From IMG/VR virus record IMGVR_UViG_3300028603_000017, positions 128,001 through 192,000 of that record: a stretch of DNA of 64,000 nucleotides. One strand, written 5' to 3'. Position 1 is the first letter of the stretch; each line of letters begins with the position of its first letter. A program made the translations under genes and the position numbers. This stretch comes from a virus. Taxonomy: Duplodnaviria > Caudoviricetes. Under the pieces are notes generated by a model that saw nothing but the letters and a program-made list of their open reading frames with translations, did no database searches and was not told the origin of the DNA. This document shows positions 42,087-51,693 of the stretch, piece after piece.

Positions 42087-44045
42087 GTGGCTGTATCTGA
42101 AGAGTTAGTTAATTTCAACCAGCTATTTAATCAGCTAAAGCAACCTCCCTTGATTATCAACGATATTGTTGAGACATCAGCAGAGGAAAAAGATACACTG
42201 AAGAATCTGATATTTACTAAGTATGATTCTGATGTGATGAAAAACGTACCTAGCTGTGACTGTGGTAGTATCACAGGTGAATACAATATCGGTGTTCTAT
42301 GTAAAAACTGTGATACCGAAGTTGTATCAGCTGTAGATAAAGAGCTAGAGCCTATTCTTTGGGTAAGAGCGCCTAAGAATATTCATGCATTAATTAATCC
42401 TACTGTTTGGACTCAGTTATCTCTGAGATTCAAGAAGAGTAATTTTGATACTATTCGCTGGATTTGTGATACAACTTATAGAGTAGGACCTAATGATGGA
42501 GCTATTGTAGCTGAGCTGCAAGAAGCTGGTATTACCAGAGGTTACAATAACTTTATTGAAAACTTTTACGATATCATCAATCGCTTATTTGAGATGAGGA
42601 GTTTTTCCTCTAAATCAAGAGTGACTTATGATCTACTACCACAATTGCTGGTAGAAAATAAAGATTCAATATTCTCTCAATATCTACCACTGGTTAACAG
42701 AACCATGCTAGTAATTGAGTCTACGACTGTTGGTACATATGTCGATCCATTTGTACCTACTGCTATTGATGCTATTTTAACAGTAGCATCAATTGATGTG
42801 GATGAATCTAGGTTTTCTATTAGGACAAAGGAAAACAGAGTTGCTAAGTTCCTATCTGGAATCAGTAGTTATTACTATAACTTTGCGAAAAACAATCTAG
42901 GTAGAAAGTCAGGCACCTATAGGCAACACGTTTATGGATCACGATCTCACTTCTCATTTAGAGCGGTGGTGTCGTCTTTAACGGACGCTCACCAGTATGA
43001 TGAGATTCATATTCCGTGGGGTATCGGAATTACTATATTTCGATATCACATCATCAATAAACTCATTCGACGAGGATATACCGTCAATCAAGCGATATAT
43101 CTGATTAATGCACACGCAAAGGTATTTCATCCACTCATTAACGAGATCTTTAAAGAACTCATTGATGAATCACCTCGTAAAGGTGTCGATGTAACTATTA
43201 ATCGAAATCCCTCTTTGGTACGTGGATCTATTCAAAGAGTGAGGATTACTAAAGTCAAAGAAGATACCTCAATCAATACTGTTTCATTCAGCATTTTGAT
43301 TGTAGGTCCCATGAACGCTAAAGATTGGTGTTCTAAAAGCTCCTTAATTGCTGGGAACTCCTGTAAAGGACAATCAGCAGCTGATCCTAGATACATATCT
43401 AGGCGAGTTCAACGACTAGTCGAAAGACGTACAGCCAAGCGGCTGGAAACAGGAGCCAGTCTCTGAATAAGAGATGGAAGATATAGTCTGAACATCTGTG
43501 GTAACACAGAGCTGGATTCACTATCCGGGTAATGCGTAGCGAACATTGCTGAACATATTTGGATTTTGACGGTGGAAGCATTGCCGTCTCGAAAGCTTTT
43601 GAATTGCTGGGAACTCTCACACCGAGACAATCAGCAGCCAAGATCTTATTTGCTTACCGGTAAATAGGATAAGGTTCAACGACTATCCCGAAAGGGAGTA
43701 CAGCCAAGCGGCTGGAAGCGGAAGCCACCAAACCAGGTGAAGATATAGTCTGAACATCTATGGTGACATAGAGCGAAGCAGGTAATGCTGCGGGTTAGGA
43801 AATAGCGAGCCTAGCTGAACAATACGGATGCCCTTAATTTCACTTTGACTTTAGATAACGATTTGTCTGAAGAGCTCAAGCATCTTGATCCACATAAGAG
43901 CTGTTTTGAACTCGATGAACCTAGAACCATCTCTGGCAATCTCTCGATTCCCAAGACAGTTGTAGGCACAATTAGTAATTGGTTACATTTTGAAGAACCT
44001 GATAACACACCCACGGACTTTATGAAGTCTATTGCAATAGGTTAA
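42087..44045 (+). CDS. Non-virion RNAP beta'-N subunit (RpoC-like, phiKZ gp55/56.1-like), spliced: exons 42087-43319, 43562-43573, 43827-44045, 487 aa
   Basis: Zn finger CDCG...CKNC, GSRSHFSFRAV and NRNPSL. Splicing gives GPMNA|DFDG|DALNFTL, i.e. NADFDGD. Confidence 0.93.
43320..43561 (+). mobile_element. Group I intron 4 (242 nt, ORF-less)
   Basis: P1: exon AACGCU pairs with IGS GGUGUU (U.G at the splice site). P10: AAGAUU pairs with exon GAUUUU. P/Q/R/S core; terminal G. Confidence 0.93.
43574..43826 (+). mobile_element. Group I intron 5 (253 nt, ORF-less)
   Basis: P1: exon GACGGU pairs with IGS GCCGUC. P10: GCAUU pairs with exon GAUGC. P/Q/R/S core; terminal G. Confidence 0.93.
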
Positions 44046-44050
44046 TTAGC

Positions 44051-44662
44051 ATGAGAGTAGTCTCTGGCGGTACTGCTGCCTGGAATGCGATAGCATACGG
44101 ACAGCAAAACCCTCTTAATCTTGGGTATTTTAAAAGTCAACTAGAGAACATTGGACAAAACCTGAATGAACAAGCCAAAATCTTTTATCAGGATGTCCAA
44201 AGTCTTTACGATAAGTTCAACAGCTCTGAGGCAATGCGCTTGATGCGCTCAGCCATGAAGTCTGCTGCATCACTGTTTAATGATAATATCATTAGACCAC
44301 TGACATCAACAGATGAGCTACAAAACGCATCTATACAAATGCAAAGATGGGTAATGGCTAATCCCGTTATTCGTCAGATGTACCACAATCAGGAATGTGA
44401 CGGGTATTCTGATACATATGTGGATATGGAGCCTGGCAAAATAGGTGAAGCTCATTACGACTATCGCAGGGTGATGGACGGCATTGTGGTGTGTGATGAG
44501 GATCAAGAGTCCTTTACACAGTACTTTGAAGATCTGCATGAAGGTGATAGAGATTTGATTCTCAGTGAGCAAAGCGATATTTTGACAACATGGTCTTTCA
44601 TGGAAGCTATGGTCAAAGCACTCAAAGATGATCCAACGTCTCAATATGGTGGTCAGCTTTAA
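44051..44662 (+). CDS. Conserved hypothetical protein (phiKZ gp59-region)
   Basis: 203 aa, MQRWVMANP...HYDYRRVMDG. Confidence 0.7.
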   Translation: MRVVSGGTAAWNAIAYGQQNPLNLGYFKSQLENIGQNLNEQAKIFYQDVQSLYDKFNSSEAMRLMRSAMKSAASLFNDNIIRPLTSTDELQNASIQMQRWVMANPVIRQMYHNQECDGYSDTYVDMEPGKIGEAHYDYRRVMDGIVVCDEDQESFTQYFEDLHEGDRDLILSEQSDILTTWSFMEAMVKALKDDPTSQYGGQL

Positions 44663-44668
44663 TTAACA

Positions 44669-44712
44669 GCATAGATGGATTGGAGCTCACCAGGCTCCAA
44701 TCCATCTTATGT
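44669..44712 (+). terminator. Stem-loop terminator
   Basis: AGATGGATTGGAGC / GCTCCAATCCATCT with CATA/TATG flanks. Confidence 0.75.
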
Positions 44713-44736
44713 AATGTATAATTTTCTTTGAACACA

Positions 44737-45150
44737 ATGAATAAAATCCCTGTTCCTACTATGTCTAGCGATGGTTGGGTCTTCGAATCCCTACATATGG
44801 CTGACTACTTAATGAGTGATTTCTTTTTATCAGAATATAGTCAAACTGCACTATATCCTAATACAATCACTTCTTTGCCATACATTATTGAAGCCAATAA
44901 AGAGTCTCCTGAGCGTATAGCTGAGAAGATGCAAGATGGTTTAGAAGTTTACTTTAGCAGATATTTTAATAACGTCATTGTACAAGCCAGTTATAGAGAT
45001 GATCCTGCATCAGGCTCTAAAGCTATCGTAGATGTTTTTATTGAATACGTAGATTCTGAAGGCAAAACACATTCTTTTGCTAAAGGAGCAGAAATCATTG
45101 ATGGTAAGTTTAACAAAATTGTTGAAATCAATAACTATTTAGGTGAATAA
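44737..45150 (+). CDS. Conserved hypothetical protein
   Basis: About 137 aa, VPTMSSDGWV...SEYSQT. Confidence 0.7.
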   Translation: MNKIPVPTMSSDGWVFESLHMADYLMSDFFLSEYSQTALYPNTITSLPYIIEANKESPERIAEKMQDGLEVYFSRYFNNVIVQASYRDDPASGSKAIVDVFIEYVDSEGKTHSFAKGAEIIDGKFNKIVEINNYLGE

Positions 45151-45152
45151 AT

Positions 45153-45692
45153 ATGTTCCAACCTGAAGGTCCAATGACTGAGGATATGCTAAACGGTATT
45201 ATTAACAGTCATGCCCAATTGCCAGAAACTATCTTTGTTAGAGATTTTCTACCTATATTTGCTGGTAAAGTCCCATTAGAAAAAGTAAAAGACTTTGTTC
45301 AAGTATGGATATCTATTTCTGGCTCTCCTACAGCAGCAGTTGATATTATTGATAGAAAAGGCAATACTTTATTTACTGTACCTGGTTTATTTGATACCAA
45401 TTTTATTGATCCATCTAAAAAAGATGGTTCTATGAATTTTGCTGAGATTGTTAGTTTTGCTAAACTACATAACGCTATTAGTCCAGAACTAGAAAAAAGA
45501 GTATTTGTAGAAAATGTACAAAAGAAACTAGACGTGATTCAAAAGAAATCACCTAGTTTTATCAAGAACGTACAAATATGGCAGGATATTTTCCAGCGTT
45601 ACGGAATTACTGATGAAAAGGAAGAAAAAACTACTGTATCTAATTCTACAGTAAAACAAACCAGTAATGTAACGGATGACGATTTCGAATGA
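45153..45692 (+). CDS. Conserved hypothetical protein
   Basis: 179 aa, LPETIFVRDFLPIF...LFTVPGL. Confidence 0.72.
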   Translation: MFQPEGPMTEDMLNGIINSHAQLPETIFVRDFLPIFAGKVPLEKVKDFVQVWISISGSPTAAVDIIDRKGNTLFTVPGLFDTNFIDPSKKDGSMNFAEIVSFAKLHNAISPELEKRVFVENVQKKLDVIQKKSPSFIKNVQIWQDIFQRYGITDEKEEKTTVSNSTVKQTSNVTDDDFE

Positions 45693-46812
45693 TTTCGTAA
45701 ATATTGCTGTTATATCTGATATTCATTTAGGTCATAAAAACACCAAGACATTATCTATCATTAAAAATCTAGAAGATTTAATCTTTAAGGACCACTCTAA
45801 TAAAGATTTAGATATTCTATTTTTAGCTGGAGATGTATTTGATGGATTACTAGAGCTAAATGATGAAGATATAACGTATATTGATTTTTTTATTGAAGCA
45901 CTGCTTAGGTATTGTTATAAGAATGAAATAGCTTTAAGAATACTAGAGGGTACTCCCAGTCACGACTGGACTCAATCTATTCGTTTTATAACAATAGCTC
46001 AAATGCTAGAGTTAAAAGACTTAGATATTAAATACATTGATAATATTCATATTGAAATCAACGAAAAATTCAATATGAGTATTTTATATGTACCTGATGA
46101 AATACAGCCTACTACAGATAAGACTTTAAAATTAGTCAAACAAGCTATCTACGATGCAGGTTTAGATCAGGTAGATATTGCTATTATGCATGGACAGTTT
46201 GAGTATCAGCTGCCAGCAGGTATTAAAAATATTCCTAGACACTCTAGTGAGGAATATTTAAAGATAGTCAAAAAGCTAATAGCTATAGGGCATGTGCACA
46301 CGCATTCTTATTTAGATAGAATTGTAGCACAAGGATCTTTTGATCGTTTAAAACACGGTGAAGAAGAACCTAAAGGCTATATTAAAGCTAAAATATATAA
46401 AGATAGCTTCACTTTTGATTTTATAGAGAACAAAAACGCACAGATCTATAAGACAATAGAAATTAGTGACTTATCTTTAGAAGACACATTTAGGTATTTG
46501 GATGAAGTTACCAATACATATCCTAATTCTTTCATTAGATTAAAAGCTACTTATAATCACCCTATATTCGCTAATATGGGTGAAGTAGTGGCAAAATATC
46601 CTGGTATTACGTTTAGCAGATTGATCAAGGACAAGTCCGCTAATATAGATGAGCAGTATTCTGATCTAGAAATAGACACATCTGAATATACGCCAATTAC
46701 TTTAACAAAAGATAATATTCCTGACTTATTGAAACCTAAACTAATAATTAGGTTTGATAATAATGAGAGATTATTAAACAAGAGCTTAAACTTATTAGAG
46801 GAATGTCTATAA
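45676..46812 (+). CDS. sbcD: SbcD/Mre11-like metallophosphoesterase nuclease
   Basis: Motifs SDIHLG, AGDVFD, GTPSHD, MHG and GHVH. Confidence 0.9.
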   Translation: MTISNDFVNIAVISDIHLGHKNTKTLSIIKNLEDLIFKDHSNKDLDILFLAGDVFDGLLELNDEDITYIDFFIEALLRYCYKNEIALRILEGTPSHDWTQSIRFITIAQMLELKDLDIKYIDNIHIEINEKFNMSILYVPDEIQPTTDKTLKLVKQAIYDAGLDQVDIAIMHGQFEYQLPAGIKNIPRHSSEEYLKIVKKLIAIGHVHTHSYLDRIVAQGSFDRLKHGEEEPKGYIKAKIYKDSFTFDFIENKNAQIYKTIEISDLSLEDTFRYLDEVTNTYPNSFIRLKATYNHPIFANMGEVVAKYPGITFSRLIKDKSANIDEQYSDLEIDTSEYTPITLTKDNIPDLLKPKLIIRFDNNERLLNKSLNLLEECL

Positions 46813-47673
46813 ATGTTTAGCATTATATCAGGCAGAGCTACCTCTGCCTTTCCTATTAGTGTTGGAACATCGCTGGCTTTTGAGTCAGCGATTGTTTCTA
46901 ACCAACCCTCTATAGATCCTGATCGTGTTATACCACAAAAGATCAATTTGAACGACTATGATGAAATCTGGATTAATATATCAACTTTATTTAGAAACTT
47001 AGTAGGCTCACTCACCAAGGATGACTCGCAAAGAGTTCATCCTGGTGAGTTGGCTGTTGGGTTGATGAATGAAATAGATATTATCAAAGAAATTGTCAAA
47101 GCTGATACATTAGATAAAGTAAAGGTGGTTTTCTACGTTTGTGACCATAGAGACTTAACCAAATCAAAATATCCATACGCTTTATTTAGAGTAGATTCTA
47201 CGCCAAAGCAGTTGTTGTACCGCTCTAATCACGATAAAGCGATTGCTGAGGTATTAAAGCAAAGATCTGTAGTGGATTCTATTAGAGTCTTTAATGGCTC
47301 TGAGATTACGTCTCCTAATTATAGAAACATTATTATCATTACACACATTGCTTTAGATCTGTGTAGTCAAAAGAATTTCAATAGATTTGATCTATTAGAA
47401 TCTCATACAGGTGTATTGAAAAAACCTCATCAATTCAATACCAAATACTTAGATGGTAAGAAGTATCCAATGCTACCCTTTAATAAAGGATTATTACAAA
47501 TCTTTGGAGATTCTGAGCATTTTAGACCTTACCCTATTAAAACTAGGGAAAATGTATTAGCTGTTGCTGAAAAATACAAATGGACACCAGCTACGACCAG
47601 AGATAAAATAAAGTATTCCATATCTAATATACCAGCAGCTTATGATAGGGAAATTTTACTGGGCTTAGTATAG
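46813..47673 (+). CDS. Conserved protein (phiKZ gp66-like; possibly nuclease-fold)
   Basis: 286 aa, WINISTLFRN...LLESHTG; synteny. Confidence 0.6.
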   Translation: MFSIISGRATSAFPISVGTSLAFESAIVSNQPSIDPDRVIPQKINLNDYDEIWINISTLFRNLVGSLTKDDSQRVHPGELAVGLMNEIDIIKEIVKADTLDKVKVVFYVCDHRDLTKSKYPYALFRVDSTPKQLLYRSNHDKAIAEVLKQRSVVDSIRVFNGSEITSPNYRNIIIITHIALDLCSQKNFNRFDLLESHTGVLKKPHQFNTKYLDGKKYPMLPFNKGLLQIFGDSEHFRPYPIKTRENVLAVAEKYKWTPATTRDKIKYSISNIPAAYDREILLGLV

Positions 47674-47767
47674 CTGCTATTTGCTAAATTTACGTAGTAT
47701 ATCAATAATTTGTAAAACGCCTAATCTTTTAATCTTTGTTTAAATCCGACTTTCACTAGGAACTATC

Positions 47768-48478
47768 ATGGCTGACTTCCAAGCGCAACCCAGAAAAAAA
47801 ATCGCACTGGACAACTCTAAGCTTTCACTGCGTGCACCTAGCACAGCAGAAGGCAAGACCGCATCTTTGATCTGGATGCTTTATAAGAATAATCCCCGTA
47901 TTGTTGTTTGGACTCGTGATCCTCAAGATGAGACTGAGCGTAATAAGGGTGGTAAGATTCAAGCTGAGCTGAATTTGCCTATTATGTTCAGTATCCTTGA
48001 GAATCTGAACTTTGCTATTACTGCTGAGCCTGGCTGGCGAGCAAAGCTAGAAAACAAAAACTATACTTTCTTTGGTGGTAAGAAGTCTGACCAACCACAA
48101 GTCCTTACTGAAATTTGGGTAGGTAAAGATAAAGAAGGTTTTGTTTATATTTCTGTTACAGCACCTAACCGTCCGATTATTAAGTTCCGTATCCAGCCTG
48201 ATGATTTCCATTGCTGGTACGACGCTGATGGTCAAAAGACTGATCCTGCACGCCTGTCTGCTATTTACGTTAAAGGCTATGTAGATATTCTCAAAAGTAT
48301 TTACAGCCATCTAGCTATTACTGAATTCGTAGACATAGCTGCTGAGATGCGTGAAAAAGACAATAAGCGCCAAGGCGGTGGTGGTTGGAACAACAACCGT
48401 GGTGGTAATCAAGGTGGCGGTGGATACCAAAAGTCCAATGATTCCGGCTTTGGTGGTGGTGATGATCTACCCTTTTAA
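47768..48478 (+). CDS. chmC: ChmC-like nucleic-acid-binding protein with G/N/R-rich tail
   Basis: 236 aa ending RQGGGGWNNNRGGNQGGGGY...DDLPF; lies directly upstream of the gp68-like gene. Confidence 0.6.
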   Translation: MADFQAQPRKKIALDNSKLSLRAPSTAEGKTASLIWMLYKNNPRIVVWTRDPQDETERNKGGKIQAELNLPIMFSILENLNFAITAEPGWRAKLENKNYTFFGGKKSDQPQVLTEIWVGKDKEGFVYISVTAPNRPIIKFRIQPDDFHCWYDADGQKTDPARLSAIYVKGYVDILKSIYSHLAITEFVDIAAEMREKDNKRQGGGGWNNNRGGNQGGGGYQKSNDSGFGGGDDLPF

Positions 48479-48625
48479 TTAAATAATAAGATATGTCAGA
48501 GGTGAGTAGGCTAATGCCTACCATCTCTGGCTATCCACTCTAATTGCATTAGTGATGCAAAGATTTTTAGAAATATATCATAATGGTGAGGTTAGTTTCG
48601 TTAGGTCTGTAAACAAGGAAACGCA

Positions 48626-50155
48626 GTGAGAATAGAATTACTGGCAGACGGTATTTCAAAACCCAAAGTCCATATCTCTCATGGAGATGAGATTTTGGTT
48701 TGGGATGTGAGTATATTCGATAAGTCCAACTTTGCTGGACCCTTCGATATGTATCACTATAACAATCAGTTTTTGGCTAAGAAAACTGCTGAGGAGCAGC
48801 AACAGATATTCAATATTTTCAAGAGCATCAGAATTGCTTTTGATGAAATCAATGAATGGAAGCAACTATCAAAGACTTTACAGCCTTTGATTCATGATCT
48901 GTTTACTTATCACGAAATCAACACTGTTAAGAAATGGATCTTGTACCATTCAGATATTCAGTTTCCAACAGATTTGAAAGCTGAATATATTCAAAGCAAT
49001 GACAAAACTGGCTCTCGTGAGCAAACTTACATTATCTCAGACTATCAAAAGCTGATTGCTCTGACGTTCTGTTTAAGACTCATGATTCCTATTTGGGGTG
49101 AGTTTATTGCTCAGACCAGACGAGACACAGGCACTAGCTTTAAGGAGTATTATGCTTTCTTGCTGTTAGCCAAAACAGACTTGTTTGCATCAGAAGCTAT
49201 GGAAAAGTTAACTACCTATGTTAGCTACTCTATGCCTGATGAGAGATCTAATGCTACGGTGCTAGGCGGTATCAGCTCTGAAGACTATCCTTTATGGATC
49301 TTGTCTTTGGTAGTGATTCGCTGTATTTGTACCAAAGATATATCTGGTCATCAGCCAGATTTCTCACTTATCCCTTATATTTACAATCATGTAAAAGAAA
49401 GAGTAAAAAGATCAGACACATCTTTTGATGGTTTGGTCAAAGAAAAACGCATCAATGAAAATAGCTCTGACTCAGATGGTAGAACGTCTGGATTAGAAGA
49501 ATACAAGATTCGACAAGAAAACACCCCTGGTGATGTGGTCTTGGTCAATCATGCTATGCAGGATATTTTAGCAGCCACACTAAAAATTTATCCTGATATC
49601 GACCTTAACCTGTTTCACAACGCCATTGAAACAGCTAAAGCATTAGAAACAAGGAAAATCGAAGATCCACAGATTACTCTGGTTAAATGGATTTTCAAAC
49701 CATATATCTCTACTAGAGGTATCGATATGCTCAGCAAACCAACCATGGTTTGTGCTTTGGGAGCTACTCAAGCGATTCTTTGGCATAGACAGCACTATGT
49801 CCTATCTGCTTTATCGACAGCTATTGTAGCCAACGATGCAGACTATGGTGTTAGCTCCATTGAATCCAGAGCACGTATTCCTAAGCAGTATATCGAGGAA
49901 ATTCAAAAATACTACCCTTACACACAACGCACTCCCATTCGCCAAAGAAACGCAAAACCAACCAATTTGTGTTTACAAGCTATTGACAACATATGTGATG
50001 AATTCAGCTCTTATAACTGGATTGTCAGTATGGACAGAGAATTTTTAAAATATGTAACAGGCTCAGACGCTAACAGAACTCTAGTTATTCCTCACGATAT
50101 CAGGATCAGAGTCGCTCAACTGGTCTTAGATTTAGTTAACCGAGTGAACATTTAA
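48626..50155 (+). CDS. nvRNAP promoter-specificity subunit (phiKZ gp68-like)
   Basis: 509 aa, QTYIISDY...LRLMIPIWGEF; synteny. Confidence 0.72.
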   Translation: MRIELLADGISKPKVHISHGDEILVWDVSIFDKSNFAGPFDMYHYNNQFLAKKTAEEQQQIFNIFKSIRIAFDEINEWKQLSKTLQPLIHDLFTYHEINTVKKWILYHSDIQFPTDLKAEYIQSNDKTGSREQTYIISDYQKLIALTFCLRLMIPIWGEFIAQTRRDTGTSFKEYYAFLLLAKTDLFASEAMEKLTTYVSYSMPDERSNATVLGGISSEDYPLWILSLVVIRCICTKDISGHQPDFSLIPYIYNHVKERVKRSDTSFDGLVKEKRINENSSDSDGRTSGLEEYKIRQENTPGDVVLVNHAMQDILAATLKIYPDIDLNLFHNAIETAKALETRKIEDPQITLVKWIFKPYISTRGIDMLSKPTMVCALGATQAILWHRQHYVLSALSTAIVANDADYGVSSIESRARIPKQYIEEIQKYYPYTQRTPIRQRNAKPTNLCLQAIDNICDEFSSYNWIVSMDREFLKYVTGSDANRTLVIPHDIRIRVAQLVLDLVNRVNI

Positions 50156-50166
50156 AGATTAAAGCA

Positions 50167-51690
50167 ATGATTCCTTTCGATACCTCGAACTCTCTGAGTG
50201 ATTCTGCGCATTTTCACAGACTCAGTGATTTTCGTGTGGAGAGTTTGCTGATTCAAAATACAGGGACGTTTAATCAACAGTTCCTAAGACCTTATGTGAC
50301 GAATTCGCATTTGAATAATAATGAGCTAACCACTATTGCGACCAGCATTATGGATAAAGTCCATCAAGGCAATATTGATGGACTGACTATTGCTGGTGTA
50401 GGTAATTCATTTTTGACCAGGTCTTCAGAGCCAGATGCCAGTGTCTTGATTCCTAATGGTTGGGATGTTCCTAGAGCACAATTCATCATGAAAATCGTGA
50501 TGACAAACTCTTTGGGACTATCCAATCCTTGTTTTGTGACAGGATATACAGACCACGCTGGCATTAATCCTGCTACAGGCACTATTGATCCTCGTATGAT
50601 CTTTATTGTCAACAGCATTACGCAGGCCAGGACTGTACAAATGAGGTCACCTGTAGGTGTTTCTCAAATGATCTCTCCGATTGGTACTCAGCAAATCATG
50701 GTGGATTTTTCTAACTCCAACATGCAGCCGACTTTTAACCACCAATACCAATACATGATGAAGCCTGACGATATCTTCAGGACCATCAATAACTCACCCA
50801 TGTATCGCAATGCTGATGATCCTACCGATCATAACTTTGTCAACGATACGACTATCAGGCTGGATGCCAGAGGAAAGTCTGGTTCTAAGCGGATCAATAA
50901 TCCCAATAACTATATTGCTGATGTCGTTAACTCGTGGGTAAATTCACCAGCCGATGAAGGCAGTACTCCTATTCAAAATGCTTTAAAGTATTACCGAAAT
51001 GTCAATACTTTTGAGAAAACAGATATTTGGAAGAATGAATTCTTCCAAGTCATCAACAGCAGAAGAACAGGATACTCCACATTTGGCAATAGCTTTACTT
51101 TCAAGGAACTATCTGATATTGACCCTAGTGTAATGAATGTCATTACGTTTGTGGACACACATTCTCACGAATTGCACCACACAGGTCAAACCATGCATTG
51201 GGGTGGGACAGATCTCAATACTGTTGCTGCTTCTATGCTAGCTAGTAGCGTGCCAGCACTGATGACTGAGCAGATGATTGCACAAATCGTCTTTAAGTCA
51301 ACCAACAACACTATCCATGGTCAGCCACAAACTGATATCATTGCTGGTGGTGGTTTTGACTCCAGTGTAGATATGCGACAAAACTATGAGAATTTCAAGC
51401 GTTTGTTTGAAATCATGGTCTTAAATGACATTACTTTCAATAACCAGATGGCTTACTTTCTGGAGATGAGGGTAGATATTTCTGGAGAATCTTGGATCAA
51501 AATCAAAATTGATAATGAACCTCTGATTGATTACGTTACACCAACTTTCTGTGATTCACTATTCTCACCTGTCATTACCACTCGAAAGACAAACCTGTTT
51601 CAAGTAACCAACGATATCGAATCCTTGATAGGATATGTAGATATGGCAAAGGAAGAGTCTAAATCTCATTACGGCAGCGCTGCCATTTAA
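50167..51690 (+). CDS. picA: PicA/Imp1 nuclear import factor (phiKZ gp69-like)
   Basis: 507 aa, QFLRPY, IPNGW, VTGYTD and PTFCDSLFSPV; follows the gp68-like gene. Confidence 0.65.
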   Translation: MIPFDTSNSLSDSAHFHRLSDFRVESLLIQNTGTFNQQFLRPYVTNSHLNNNELTTIATSIMDKVHQGNIDGLTIAGVGNSFLTRSSEPDASVLIPNGWDVPRAQFIMKIVMTNSLGLSNPCFVTGYTDHAGINPATGTIDPRMIFIVNSITQARTVQMRSPVGVSQMISPIGTQQIMVDFSNSNMQPTFNHQYQYMMKPDDIFRTINNSPMYRNADDPTDHNFVNDTTIRLDARGKSGSKRINNPNNYIADVVNSWVNSPADEGSTPIQNALKYYRNVNTFEKTDIWKNEFFQVINSRRTGYSTFGNSFTFKELSDIDPSVMNVITFVDTHSHELHHTGQTMHWGGTDLNTVAASMLASSVPALMTEQMIAQIVFKSTNNTIHGQPQTDIIAGGGFDSSVDMRQNYENFKRLFEIMVLNDITFNNQMAYFLEMRVDISGESWIKIKIDNEPLIDYVTPTFCDSLFSPVITTRKTNLFQVTNDIESLIGYVDMAKEESKSHYGSAAI

Positions 51691-51693
51691 CAA

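Noticed and set aside
43399-43641. Short minus-strand ORFs over introns 4/5 as homing endonucleases
   Set aside because: They are antisense, under 81 aa, and lack HNH/GIY-YIG/LAGLIDADG motifs.
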